This document shows positions 28,187 through 37,351 of a stretch of DNA of 64,000 nucleotides, in pieces. The translations under genes were made by a program, and so were the position numbers. Under the pieces are notes generated by a model. The model was not told the origin of the DNA, ran no database searches, and saw only the letters and a list, made by a program, of their open reading frames with translations. Position 1 is the first letter of the stretch; every line of letters begins with the position of its first letter. This DNA is from Candidatus Iainarchaeum sp. (GTDB lineage: Archaea; Iainarchaeota; Iainarchaeia; Iainarchaeales; GCA-2688035). The stretch covers positions 25,929 to 89,928 of the forward strand of contig NZBU01000009.1 in assembly GCA_002688035.1 (NCBI GenBank), in the 5' to 3' direction.

Positions 28187-28600
28187 CTACAGCTTGTCTT
28201 TCACTAGCTTTGCATACTTTTCCAATTCTTCCTGTTCTGCATTGCCTTGTTCCCAAGCAAAGTTCAGCTTGTCGTCTTTGCTTCTTGGAATTATGTGAAA
28301 GTGCACGTGTGGAATTACTTGTCCTGCAACTTCGTTGTTGCTCTGAATAATGTTGAAGCCCTCTGTTCCAGGAATAGTTGTCATTACTGCCGCAGCAATC
28401 TTTTGCACTATCTCCATTACTTCTTTCATTTCCTCATGTGGCATGTCAAGTAGCGTGTGATAGTGTTTTTTTGGAATCACAAGCGCGTGCCCCTTTGAAG
28501 CAGGATTAATGTCCAAAAATGAAAGAACATTACCGCCCTCATAAAGCTTTGTGCTTGGAATTTCCCCCTTACCAATCTTACAAAAAATACAGTCATCCAT
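28187..28600 (-). CDS. HIT-family (histidine triad) hydrolase
   Basis: The HVHFHIIPR histidine triad is present. The start was taken at MDDCIFCKI rather than the upstream in-frame Met, which would overlap uppP. Confidence 0.75.
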   Translation of the reverse strand: MDDCIFCKIGKGEIPSTKLYEGGNVLSFLDINPASKGHALVIPKKHYHTLLDMPHEEMKEVMEIVQKIAAAVMTTIPGTEGFNIIQSNNEVAGQVIPHVHFHIIPRSKDDKLNFAWEQGNAEQEELEKYAKLVKDKL

Positions 28601-28637
28601 CAAACCACCTCGATAATACTTGTGTCTGGAACTTTTT

Positions 28638-29384
28638 TTAAATAAAAGCCAGGGCAATGTAAGCCAATCCAAACACAATGCAGAAAATAGAGAAGTTTAT
28701 TTTCCTCGCAATGTTAATCAGAAAGTCGATTGAAGCATAACCCACAATTGCCGCAACAGCTATTGCAATCAGCATGTTGGGTTCGAAAGAAATGCCTTCA
28801 ATTGTGGCAAAAACAACTTCCGCCGCAAACACCGAGGGAATACTAAGCAGGAAAGATAACCTAAAAGCCTGTTCTGGATCAAAGTCCTCCATCAAGAGTA
28901 CGGCTGTCGTAATTCCACTTCTGCTTATACCAGGTATTACCGCAATTCCCTGCGCAAGCCCGGTGAGAAAACCATGTCCAACATTCTCCTTTCCCTGTGC
29001 AATCTTTTTCTTGAATTGTATTATACCTATTAGTATAAGTGCGGCTCCAACCAAAAGCATTACTAGAAAGGTGTCACCCATTACTCCCTTGAAAACGAGG
29101 TAGATTGGAATAGCAGTTATAGCTGAACCGATTAATGCTGTTAGAAAGAATTTTAGCAAAGGCTTATCCTTTAGCAACACTATTTCCACGAGCTCTTTGC
29201 GAAAGTACACTGTTGCTGCAATCAAAGTTCCAATATGCAGTGTGATAGCGTGCCTGAACGCTTCTTCCGCTGTAACTCCAAAGAGGCTTAGTGCAGCAAC
29301 CATTACCTGCCCCTGGCTACTTATTGGCAGCCACTCTGTAACGCCCTGTAACAATCCAAGGAACAACGCCTGTATTAAATCCAT
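28638..29384 (-). CDS. uppP: undecaprenyl-diphosphatase (BacA/UppP)
   Basis: It is an 8-TM protein. The motifs GISRSG and VSRSGITTA, and the N-terminus MDLIQALFLGLLQGVTEWLPISSQGQ, are typical of UppP. Confidence 0.8.
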   Translation of the reverse strand: MDLIQALFLGLLQGVTEWLPISSQGQVMVAALSLFGVTAEEAFRHAITLHIGTLIAATVYFRKELVEIVLLKDKPLLKFFLTALIGSAITAIPIYLVFKGVMGDTFLVMLLVGAALILIGIIQFKKKIAQGKENVGHGFLTGLAQGIAVIPGISRSGITTAVLLMEDFDPEQAFRLSFLLSIPSVFAAEVVFATIEGISFEPNMLIAIAVAAIVGYASIDFLINIARKINFSIFCIVFGLAYIALAFI

Positions 29385-29502
29385 GTAATTAAAACATTGT
29401 TAGCAGATTAAATACTTTTTCCCTCTATCCATTATTCGTTTCAGAATATTTGTTGCAGAATGTTATTTATTTTAGAATAAGTACTTTTTCTTATGGTGAG
29501 CG

Positions 29503-30648
29503 TTGTTGAGTGATGTAGTAATTGGGGATACCTTAGGCTCTGCCGTCGAAACGCCTAACTTACAGACTGTTTCTTTTTCAAAGAATATTCGCTTTCGGCT
29601 TGAGTCTGGCCAGCGCTTTGGTCCAATAAACATTGCATACAAAACATTTGGAAAATTGAACGAGGACAAATCAAACGCTGTTCTAATATTTCCAACACTT
29701 ACAGCCACGCCGCAGGTTGCATCAGAAAAAATTCGGGGCAAAGTTTTTCATGGGTGGTGGGAAGGGCTTGCGGGAAAAGGAAAAGTGATTGACACTAACA
29801 AGTTTTTTGTTATTTGTGCGGATCATTTTGGGGGATGCTACGGGAGTATTGGCCCAAGTTCTATAAATCCTGATACCGGAAAACCGTTTGGCTTAAAATT
29901 TCCGGGTTTTTTCATTCGTGATATGGTAAATGTTGTCATAGAATTTCTCAAGCACATTGGAGTAAGAAAATTGCACTCTGTTGTTGGTGCCAGCCTTGGT
30001 GGGCTTCTTTCTTTGGAATTGGTTGCCTTGAGCAAGAACATTGCAAAGAATGTGTTTGTGATCGGTTCTTCTCACAAGGTTTCCGCACAGTACCTTGCAC
30101 TGAACTATATTGCCCGGCAAGCAATAATGCTTGATCCTGCTTGACGCAATGGAAACTATTAGGGGGCATCATTTCCAGAGCAAGGTCTTTCTATTGCAAG
30201 GTAGATAGGGCACATTTCTTATCTTTGCCAGCCTCTTCTGGAAGAAAAGTTTGGCAGGCAAGGTTTTGGCAAAAAAATAAGAGATCATGTAAGCCTTGAC
30301 CGCCAATATCAGATTGAGAATTACCTTGACTACCAAGGAAAAAAGTTCTGCAAGCGCTTTGACCCAAACACCTACATTTATTTGTCAAAGGCAATTGACA
30401 CCTTTGATTTGGAGAAAGAGTTTGGCAGCATTGAAAATGCGTTTGCAAACACTAAAGCAAGAATTCAGTTTATTTCAATCTCTTCAGATCAACTATTTCT
30501 GCCAGAGCAAACAAAAAAACTACACAAAATCCTTCTTGCCTGCGGTGTTGATTCCAATTACAGTGAAATTGATTCTTTGAAGGGGCATGACGGGCTGTTC
30601 ATTGAGGATGACAAGACATCAAAGATAATTGGAGAAAAGTTAAAGTAG
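29503..30648 (+). pseudogene. metX: homoserine O-acetyltransferase (MetX) interrupted by three in-frame stop codons (TGA at 30142, TAG at 30160, TAG at 30202)
   Basis: A single reading frame gives a full-length MetX. The catalytic Ser (GASLGG), Asp (SSDQLF) and His (KGHDGLF) are intact. Three nonsense codons fall at positions that are W/F, Y and M/L in homologs. Confidence 0.7.
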
Positions 30649-30661
30649 ACACCGGCTTCTT

Positions 30662-31768
30662 TTAAGGCGAGTGCTTTAGTTTCTCTATTTCATAGAGTTT
30701 CTGCAAATCCCTGGCGTAAATAACTCCAATGAGTTCATGCTGTTGCACAATTGGAAAAATCGAGTAGCCCTTTGTCATAACTTTTTCCATAAGCTCTGCT
30801 GGATCAGCGTCAATCTGGACTGTGGGGAGTGGTTGCGCAACAGTCTTTGCTTTCACGTTTGGCCACTGCCCCCGTGGCATTTTCTCAAGTGTCTCAAAGC
30901 TAACTAGTCCAAAGCCCTGCCCCAATTTAACGAGCAGCGCAAGCCTCCGGTTCTGAATCATTGTCGCGAAAATATCCTGCAGGTTATCATCGCCCTGCAC
31001 AACCAAGGACCGTTTCTCAAGTATTGGTAATAGGCTTGTCCCCCTGAGTGTTTCCTTAATCTCAACTCTCTTGTTCTCTTGTTGCGAACCGAAGAAAATG
31101 AAGATTGCTATTACTGCAGCTATTATCGCGCCCTCCAAAAAACTTATTATAAACAGCAATACCGCAAGCACTATGCTCACTCTTGAAATAATTCTGGTTG
31201 CTTTCCTCCACCCTATAAAGTAGGCCAGCAAAGACCTTGCAACTCTCCCTCCATCCAGTGGGAGAGCTGGAAAGAAAAGATTGAATGCTCCAAGAACAAC
31301 ATTAACATAAAACAGGCTTAGCAAAGGGGATTCAAACACCGCTTCAAAACCAGCGTTTGCAGCAAGCTTTTCCAATCCAAGTGGAATGTTGAATACCGAA
31401 GCTATCACAAGTATTGATCCGGCAACAAAAAAATTGAACAATGGTCCGGCAATACTAACTTGAAATTCGTCTCCCGGCTTTTCAGGGAGAGATTCACTAA
31501 CACTTATTCCGCCAATTGGCAGCAAAATTATTTTCTGGACTTTGAAGCCTTTCTCCAACAGTACTACGCTGTGCGTGAGTTCATGGAAGAAAACTGAGAG
31601 GAAAAGAAAGAAGATGAAAATGAGTATAGGAATTATTCCTGACAACGGGAAAAGATTGCTGAATGAGAACAACAACATTACTGCAACAAGCAGTACTGCG
31701 CCAATCACAAAGCTGCTGTGCAACTCTATCGGGATTGAAAAGATTTTTCCTATTCTGAGCGAGCGCAT
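30662..31768 (-). CDS. site-2 protease (M50 family) with a C-terminal CBS pair
   Basis: The zinc motif HELTHS is present with multiple TM segments. The C-terminal CBS-like region is VVQGDDNLQDIFATMIQNRRLALLV. Confidence 0.75.
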   Translation of the reverse strand: MRSLRIGKIFSIPIELHSSFVIGAVLLVAVMLLFSFSNLFPLSGIIPILIFIFFLFLSVFFHELTHSVVLLEKGFKVQKIILLPIGGISVSESLPEKPGDEFQVSIAGPLFNFFVAGSILVIASVFNIPLGLEKLAANAGFEAVFESPLLSLFYVNVVLGAFNLFFPALPLDGGRVARSLLAYFIGWRKATRIISRVSIVLAVLLFIISFLEGAIIAAVIAIFIFFGSQQENKRVEIKETLRGTSLLPILEKRSLVVQGDDNLQDIFATMIQNRRLALLVKLGQGFGLVSFETLEKMPRGQWPNVKAKTVAQPLPTVQIDADPAELMEKVMTKGYSIFPIVQQHELIGVIYARDLQKLYEIEKLKHSP

Positions 31769-31851
31769 GCTTTACCCTACAAAGAAAAGCCGCCAGATAT
31801 ATTTAAGCATATGCAAAAAAACAAAAAAAAAAGAAAAGAAGGAAGGTATAT

Positions 31852-32175
31852 TCACACGAGATCTATCTTGATTCCGCCAACCTTCCCGGCAACGAAGTTG
31901 TAGATTACTGCGCCAATTGCGCCGACAATAAATCCGCCAACTGCTCCCGTAATAACCAATACAACAGTGGTAATTAATCCGCCAACAAGCCCTGCGCCAG
32001 CAAAGGCTGCTGTATTTGCACCAGGAATAGCTGCAGCCATTGAACCAATAAAGCCCATAAATAGCGTTAGCATTAGTCCCATAATCAAATAGACTACTGC
32101 CAAAATTACAGCCATGACCTTTCCATATTGAACCGGATCAACTCTTGCTATTGTTTGCGTAGCCATAGATTTCAC
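31852..32175 (-). CDS. small membrane protein, paralog 1 of a tandem pair
   Basis: The protein is ~100 aa with 2 to 3 TM. It shares the motifs RVDPVQYGK and KVGGIKIDLV with the next gene. Confidence 0.5.
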   Translation of the reverse strand: MKSMATQTIARVDPVQYGKVMAVILAVVYLIMGLMLTLFMGFIGSMAAAIPGANTAAFAGAGLVGGLITTVVLVITGAVGGFIVGAIGAVIYNFVAGKVGGIKIDLV

Positions 32176-32283
32176 CTCCTAAAAGCTTTAGTAATATTTG
32201 ATTAGATTAAACGATTCTGCTATTTAAAGCTATTCTTAGCTTAAAAATCGGCATTTTTGCCAAAAATAGTAAAAGAGGCGGGG

Positions 32284-32577
32284 TCAAGCAATATCTACTT
32301 TTATTCCGCCGACTTTTCTTGCTACAAGATTATAGATCCAGGCTATGATTGCGCCAAAGACAAATCCTATTACACCATACAAAGCAGCGCCTAGGACGGT
32401 AACCAACAATGCGCCTAAAAGCACGAGGATTCCATTTGCTCCTGCAATTGCCATTGTACCAATTCCACCGAACAATGAAACGATTACTCCAAAAATAAGC
32501 ACCATTCCAGCCATCAGTGCTGCATAGATTTTTCCTAATGAAACAGGATCAATTCTTGTAAGTGTTTTTGTAACCAT
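32284..32577 (-). CDS. small membrane protein, paralog 2 of a tandem pair
   Basis: It has RIDPVSLGK and ARKVGGIKVDIA, the same architecture as 31852..32175. Confidence 0.5.
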   Translation of the reverse strand: MVTKTLTRIDPVSLGKIYAALMAGMVLIFGVIVSLFGGIGTMAIAGANGILVLLGALLVTVLGAALYGVIGFVFGAIIAWIYNLVARKVGGIKVDIA

Positions 32578-32612
32578 TCTTTCACCTCCCTGCTTTTAGT
32601 AGGTGTTTTGTC

Positions 32613-33251
32613 TTATTTAATTGTTTTGCACTGCATTTTGCCCAATGCATTCTTTGCAAGTGCCTCAATATCAAGCTCTTTTCCCTCAAAACCAATTTTT
32701 TCCTCTGTGGCCTTGGTAGCGGGCTTAACAGGAATAGAGCAGCAAGCGCTTGGCAAAATGCTTGTCTCAAACGTTCCAAATTTTCTTGCGAGCTTCTCTA
32801 TCTCCAGCTTGTCCATTCCAAGCAGCGGCTTTATTATTGGTAGGTCTGCAGCAGAGTGCTCTGCATTAAGGTTGTAGAGAGTCTGCGAGGCAACTTGCCC
32901 AAGGCTTTCTCCAGTGAGTAGGGCAGAAGCCTTCTCTTTCTCAGCAAGCTTTGATGCAATGTGCATCATCATTCGCCTGCATAGCACACAACTGTATTTT
33001 CTGTTAGCTTTTTTTGCAATCTCAAAGAGAGTTGGACCATGAGGTACAACGCAAACCTTGATTTCTTTTCCAAACTTTTTGCCGAGCAGTTTTGCAAGCT
33101 TCTCTGTCTTCTCAATGCCACGCGTGTTTCCAAGTGGTTTTGTGTCAAAGTGAAGCATCACAATATCCAATCCATTCTCAAGAGCCATGCTGCTAACAAC
33201 AGCACTATCAATTCCACCCGATACTAGTGCGATAATCTTAGTCATTTTCAA
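32613..33251 (-). CDS. ThiI-like PP-loop ATP pyrophosphatase domain protein (no THUMP domain)
   Basis: The PP-loop SGGIDSAV and the ThiI motif LTGESLGQVASQTL are present, with a CxxC near the C-terminus. The protein is 212 aa. Confidence 0.65.
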   Translation of the reverse strand: MKMTKIIALVSGGIDSAVVSSMALENGLDIVMLHFDTKPLGNTRGIEKTEKLAKLLGKKFGKEIKVCVVPHGPTLFEIAKKANRKYSCVLCRRMMMHIASKLAEKEKASALLTGESLGQVASQTLYNLNAEHSAADLPIIKPLLGMDKLEIEKLARKFGTFETSILPSACCSIPVKPATKATEEKIGFEGKELDIEALAKNALGKMQCKTIK

Positions 33252-33993
33252 TCACCTTTTCAACAATCCTCTTTGCAAGTTCAACAGTTCTCCCTTCCAC
33301 ATCCTTCAAAGGGTTTACTTCAACCAAATCAATTCCCCTAGCCTTCCCGCTTTTAAGCAAGGCATCCAACAGGGGCATGAATTCCTCTTCCAACAAGCCG
33401 TTTGGCACCAAGTAACCTGTGCCTGGAGCAATGCTTGGGTCAAATCCATCTATGTCAATGCTCACATATATTTCATCATTCAATGCAATTAGTTCCAGCA
33501 GCTTATCCATTACCTGCACCGGCTTTGACTTAACTTCAACTGCGCTCACGACTTTTATCTTGTTGTGCTTTATGTACTCTGTTTCAAGGGGGTCCACTTT
33601 CCTAATCCCGATTTGCAAAATGTTCTCTCCCTTAACTAACTTTTCTTCCACCACTCCCTGGATCCAGTCCTCATGGCTCAGTGGAGCGAAGAACTGCACG
33701 CAGTCAGGATGAGCATCAAAAACCACAAGCGCCTTTTTGCCATCTGTAGTTTCAGAGAATCCTTTCACAAGTGCATAACTTATTGAGTGGTCCCCTCCAA
33801 CAAATAATGCCTTCTCTTTTGCCAAAACTTCTTTGGCTTTTGCATAAATGGCTTTATCTGTGTCCTCAATATTGCTTGGCACGATTGGAGTTTCATCAAA
33901 CTCTCTGCCCTCCAAAATGAGCGGGGGGGCTTTTCCACAACCCTTGTTTTGGTCCAAGTTTCCCTGTTCACTCGGAACACTTAGTATTCTCAT
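33238..33993 (-). CDS. speB: agmatinase / ureohydrolase family
   Basis: GGDHSISY, DAHPD and SIDIDGFDP are the arginase-fold Mn-binding motifs. It is adjacent to aIF5A, a conserved linkage through the hypusine pathway. Confidence 0.75.
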   Translation of the reverse strand: MRILSVPSEQGNLDQNKGCGKAPPLILEGREFDETPIVPSNIEDTDKAIYAKAKEVLAKEKALFVGGDHSISYALVKGFSETTDGKKALVVFDAHPDCVQFFAPLSHEDWIQGVVEEKLVKGENILQIGIRKVDPLETEYIKHNKIKVVSAVEVKSKPVQVMDKLLELIALNDEIYVSIDIDGFDPSIAPGTGYLVPNGLLEEEFMPLLDALLKSGKARGIDLVEVNPLKDVEGRTVELAKRIVEKVIEND

Positions 33994-34029
33994 AAGAAAA
34001 AGATTGCAAGGAAACTTAATTAAGGGCTT

Positions 34030-34431
34030 TTACTCGCTTCTAATCCGGACAACTTTGATGAGGTCGCCCCATCTAATATATTCTACGTTGCCGCCTTGTT
34101 CCACCGTAAGGTTCTTTGGCTTTGGAGAATTGAACATCTCATAGGTCTCGATGTCCATGAGCTGTACTTGGCTCCCCATTATTGCGACAACCTGTGCCTG
34201 GCTCCTCTTAATTATTGGCACTTCAACGTCAACGCCTGTTCCCTTCAACAGGTTTCTTTTTTGGTCTGTGAAAACATCAAAAGCCATAATCCTTACTTTT
34301 GCGCTACCGTGCTTTCCTGGCTTGCTTTTGTCCACGCTTTTTACCTGACAAACTGTTCCCTCAATTAGCACAAAACTGCCCGGTTTCAAGGAACCGGCAT
34401 TAGTAAACTTCTTTTCCCCGTCAACCATCAA
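34030..34431 (-). CDS. eif5a: translation initiation factor 5A (aIF-5A)
   Basis: The hypusine loop KPGKHGSAK is present. The protein is 133 aa. Confidence 0.85.
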   Translation of the reverse strand: MMVDGEKKFTNAGSLKPGSFVLIEGTVCQVKSVDKSKPGKHGSAKVRIMAFDVFTDQKRNLLKGTGVDVEVPIIKRSQAQVVAIMGSQVQLMDIETYEMFNSPKPKNLTVEQGGNVEYIRWGDLIKVVRIRSE

Positions 34432-34636
34432 AAAGCACCTTTTCTAACAAACTTACAAAACTAGAGCGAATTTAATTAAAAAGGTTTCTGTGGCAGTCCC
34501 TGCGTCATTGATAGATTTTAATACATTTCCCCATTTCCTTATATTTATCATTAACTATTGTGTGCGCGATGGCGCGGTGTTTCTCTTGGTACTGGATAAA
34601 GTCAGAAAGCGAATCGATTCTGTAGTAAATAAGAGA

Positions 34637-35053
34637 ATGGAGAAGAATATTGCTGTTTTTGTTGATGGCCCAAACATCCTGAGGAAGGAACTGGGCATTG
34701 ATTTGGAGGAAGTAAAAAGTGTTCTCCAAAAGAACGGGAACATTAAGATCGCAAAGGTCTTTTTGAACCAGTTTGCATCCAACAAACTTGTGGAAGCTGT
34801 TGTAAATCAGGGCTTTGAAGCAATAATTACTGTTGGGGATATTGACGTTGCAATGGCGGTTGAAGCAACAGAGTCCTGCTTCAACAAATCAATTCAGGCA
34901 ATAGCCTTTGTAACCAGGGACTCGGATTTTTTGCCGGTAATTGTTCGGGCAAAGAGTCGGGGAAAAGAAACAATCGTGGTTTTGGCTGAGGAGGCCAGTG
35001 CGGCAGCCTTAAAAAACACTGCCGACCAAATAATTATTGTTGGTGGGCGATAA
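34637..35053 (+). CDS. NYN/LabA-like (PIN-related) domain protein
   Basis: IAVFVDGPNI...AFVTRDSDFLPVI is the NYN pattern. Confidence 0.55.
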   Translation: MEKNIAVFVDGPNILRKELGIDLEEVKSVLQKNGNIKIAKVFLNQFASNKLVEAVVNQGFEAIITVGDIDVAMAVEATESCFNKSIQAIAFVTRDSDFLPVIVRAKSRGKETIVVLAEEASAAALKNTADQIIIVGGR

Positions 35054-35056
35054 AAA

Positions 35057-35551
35057 ATGAACATTCCTATCGGAACACTTGTCGAGGAAAACATTTCCCT
35101 AAAGGGAACAGATATCAAACAAAAAATTTCTACCCTGCTTGAACAGGGTTTTACAGGCTACCTTGTTCTAACAGTTGAGGGTAGAAGTGGGATTGAAGAA
35201 GGACTACTGCTTTTGAAAAATGGTTTGGCTGTTGGCGCAATTTACGAGTATGTGAAATTTGCCAAAAGTTTTTATGGGGATCATGCATTCGAACAACTGT
35301 TTAATTCTTCGCTTGCAGAGTTCGGCGTAATGGATATCGGTAGTTTAAGCAAACAGCAAGTTGAACTAATAATTGCGTTCAACGAGAAGATAGAATTCAA
35401 GAAAGCACTTGAGCCAAAGGAATTGGAGAAGCTTGTTCCAAAGAAATTTGACGCCGATGTGGCTGAAAAGGCGTTGGGAAAGAAATTTAAAAAGAAGGAA
35501 TCAAAATTTGATGTATTCAAAAAACTTGGATTAGGTGGAGTTAGTAAATGA
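35057..35551 (+). CDS. hypothetical protein, possibly Roadblock/LC7-like
   Basis: TGYLVLTVEGRSGIEEGLLLLKNGLAVGAIYEY resembles the Roadblock beta-hairpin. It is only weakly supported. The C-terminus is K-rich. Confidence 0.3.
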   Translation: MNIPIGTLVEENISLKGTDIKQKISTLLEQGFTGYLVLTVEGRSGIEEGLLLLKNGLAVGAIYEYVKFAKSFYGDHAFEQLFNSSLAEFGVMDIGSLSKQQVELIIAFNEKIEFKKALEPKELEKLVPKKFDADVAEKALGKKFKKKESKFDVFKKLGLGGVSK

Positions 35552-36009
35552 GAAAGAAAATTGGTTTCCTTATAAGGCGAATCGCTGGAAGCATACTTGA
35601 CATGGATGACACAACAGTTCCATATGAACAACTGGAAATCCTCAACGACTTCCTATCAAAGCACCAGTTTGATCTTAATCAGGCCGACTTAAATATTTTG
35701 ATGCGGGAGCTAAAACGTAAGCACATGGTTGACAGCATCAGCATTATTGACACTAACGGGGAACTTGTTATCAGCAGCGAGGGCAACGGCAAGAAAGAGG
35801 CAAGCCTTGCTTCATATTTGATGGGTTATATTGATAGTGAACTTGCAACCCCTGAAAGTGTTCTGATAAAGGGAAACAACAGTTGGTTCATGGTTTTCCC
35901 GTTCAATGACCAAACTTATATTATAAGAGCACAAGCCTCATTGTCTAACACAGAATTGAAGGCACTGGCTAGAGAACTTGAGTCATTCAAGGTGGGCAAC
36001 AGCGGATAA
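35548..36009 (+). CDS. Roadblock/LC7 (MglB-like) domain protein
   Basis: The segment MVDSISIIDTNGELVISSEG...ASLASYLMGYIDSEL...SWFMVFPFNDQTYIIRAQ has alpha-beta-beta-alpha-beta order and a residue pattern typical of Roadblock/LC7. Confidence 0.45.
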   Translation: MRKKIGFLIRRIAGSILDMDDTTVPYEQLEILNDFLSKHQFDLNQADLNILMRELKRKHMVDSISIIDTNGELVISSEGNGKKEASLASYLMGYIDSELATPESVLIKGNNSWFMVFPFNDQTYIIRAQASLSNTELKALARELESFKVGNSG

Positions 36010-36096
36010 AGTGCGCAGAAATACTTATTTTGCGACTTCTCTTATAAGAAAAGATTTTTAAGGAATACAATCTATTAAACCTATAACATTGGTGTT

Positions 36097-36927
36097 TTGA
36101 TGGTTAGAATTATTACTATTGCATCTGGAAAAGGTGGGGTCGGAAAAACCACTATTACCGCTAACTTAGGAATTGCCCTTGCGCAACAAGATTTGAGAGT
36201 ACTTGTAATTGATGCCGATATTGCAATGGCAAACTTAAGTCTGCTACTTGGAATGCAGTCTTCCCCCATTACTTTACATGATGTGCTTCTCGGGGAAAGC
36301 AATGTTCACGACGCAATTTATGATGGGCCCGGCGGAATACACTTTATTCCAAGCGGTCTAAGCATTGAAAGCTATCGTAGAGTTGATGCCGAGCGCCTTG
36401 AATCTCTTGTGAGGGAAATAGCGGAGAGCTATGACTTTGTTTTAATGGATGCTCCAGCCGGAATAGAGAAGAGCGTGATGGCCGCACTCTCTGCAGCCGA
36501 TGAAGTTCTACTTGTAACAATGCCAAATTCTCCAAGCGTTGCAGATGTCCTGAAAACAAAGATTGTGGCGCAGCGCATTGGGAGTCATCCTGTCGGAATT
36601 GTACTGAACTTTTTGCGTGGAGAAAAAGGCGAAATTAGTGACGATGATATTATGAAGATGCTTGAACTCCCAATCTATGGGATGATTCCATATGATTCCG
36701 AGATCAGGAAGAGTTTTATGCAGGAAAACGTTGCACCAGTAATGATTCGTGTTCCTAATAGCCCCGCATCCATTGCAATAAGAAAGATGGCGGCAAAACT
36801 CTCAGGGGTTAGTGTTGCCCCACAAATAACTAAGGTTAAAAAACCAGGATTCTTATCCAGACTTTTTGGCTTCTTCAGGAAAAAGAAGAAAGCCAGTGCA
36901 GAAGAAATAAAAAAGGAAACAGAATAA
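36097..36927 (+). CDS. minD: MinD/ParA-family deviant Walker-A ATPase
   Basis: The deviant Walker A GKGGVGKTT and the family motifs DAPAG and VVLN are present. Confidence 0.8.
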   Translation: MMVRIITIASGKGGVGKTTITANLGIALAQQDLRVLVIDADIAMANLSLLLGMQSSPITLHDVLLGESNVHDAIYDGPGGIHFIPSGLSIESYRRVDAERLESLVREIAESYDFVLMDAPAGIEKSVMAALSAADEVLLVTMPNSPSVADVLKTKIVAQRIGSHPVGIVLNFLRGEKGEISDDDIMKMLELPIYGMIPYDSEIRKSFMQENVAPVMIRVPNSPASIAIRKMAAKLSGVSVAPQITKVKKPGFLSRLFGFFRKKKKASAEEIKKETE

Positions 36928-36943
36928 AAGGAGGAATTTGATA

Positions 36944-37162
36944 ATGGCAAACAGACCATTCGATCTGCTCAACGAAGCAATCGGTAAAGAAGTACTTGTC
37001 ATGCTAAAGGGGAACATACAAGTTCGAGGCACATTGAAAGCATTTGATGTGCACATGAATATTGTTCTTGAAAGCGCGGAGCAGCTGGAAAACGGCGAAG
37101 CAAAAACAAAGTACGGAAAGCTGATGGTTCGCGGGGACAACGTAATTCTAATCAGCCCGTAG
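36944..37162 (+). CDS. Sm-like archaeal protein (SmAP/LSm)
   Basis: Sm1 and Sm2 motifs are present, KEVLVMLKGNIQVRGTLKAFDVHMNIVL and VRGDNVILI. Confidence 0.75.
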   Translation: MANRPFDLLNEAIGKEVLVMLKGNIQVRGTLKAFDVHMNIVLESAEQLENGEAKTKYGKLMVRGDNVILISP

Positions 37163-37223
37163 TTCTCCTACTTCCACCCCAAAGAATTCCTTTAAATTAA
37201 TTACTGGAACGTTCTTCTTACAG

Positions 37224-37295
37224 GGGCCCTTAGTCTAGTGGTATGACGCTCGGTTGGCAATCGGGAGATCCCGGGTTCAATTCCCGGAGGGTCCA
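37224..37295 (+). tRNA. tRNA-Ala (anticodon GGC)
   Basis: The cloverleaf has acceptor GGGCCCT/AGGGTCC with the G3:U70 Ala identity pair. The anticodon loop is TTGGCAA, the T-arm is CCGGG-TTCAATT-CCCGG, and the discriminator is A. Confidence 0.8.
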
Positions 37296-37351
37296 TTGCT
37301 CTTTTTCTATGTAATTTCCAAAATCCTAAAACTAAATTCTTTTATACTCCT

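Noticed and set aside
35054-35059. In-frame juxtapositions across single stop codons (NYN-TAA-next ORF, Rrp41-TAG-Rrp42) considered as possible stop-codon readthrough or recoding, in light of the metX stops
   Set aside because: TAA, TAG and TGA all terminate well-conserved proteins at their expected C-termini elsewhere in the window (Asd, aIF5A, PsmA, MCM, MetRS, SBDS). Same-frame adjacency is expected by chance for one third of gene junctions.
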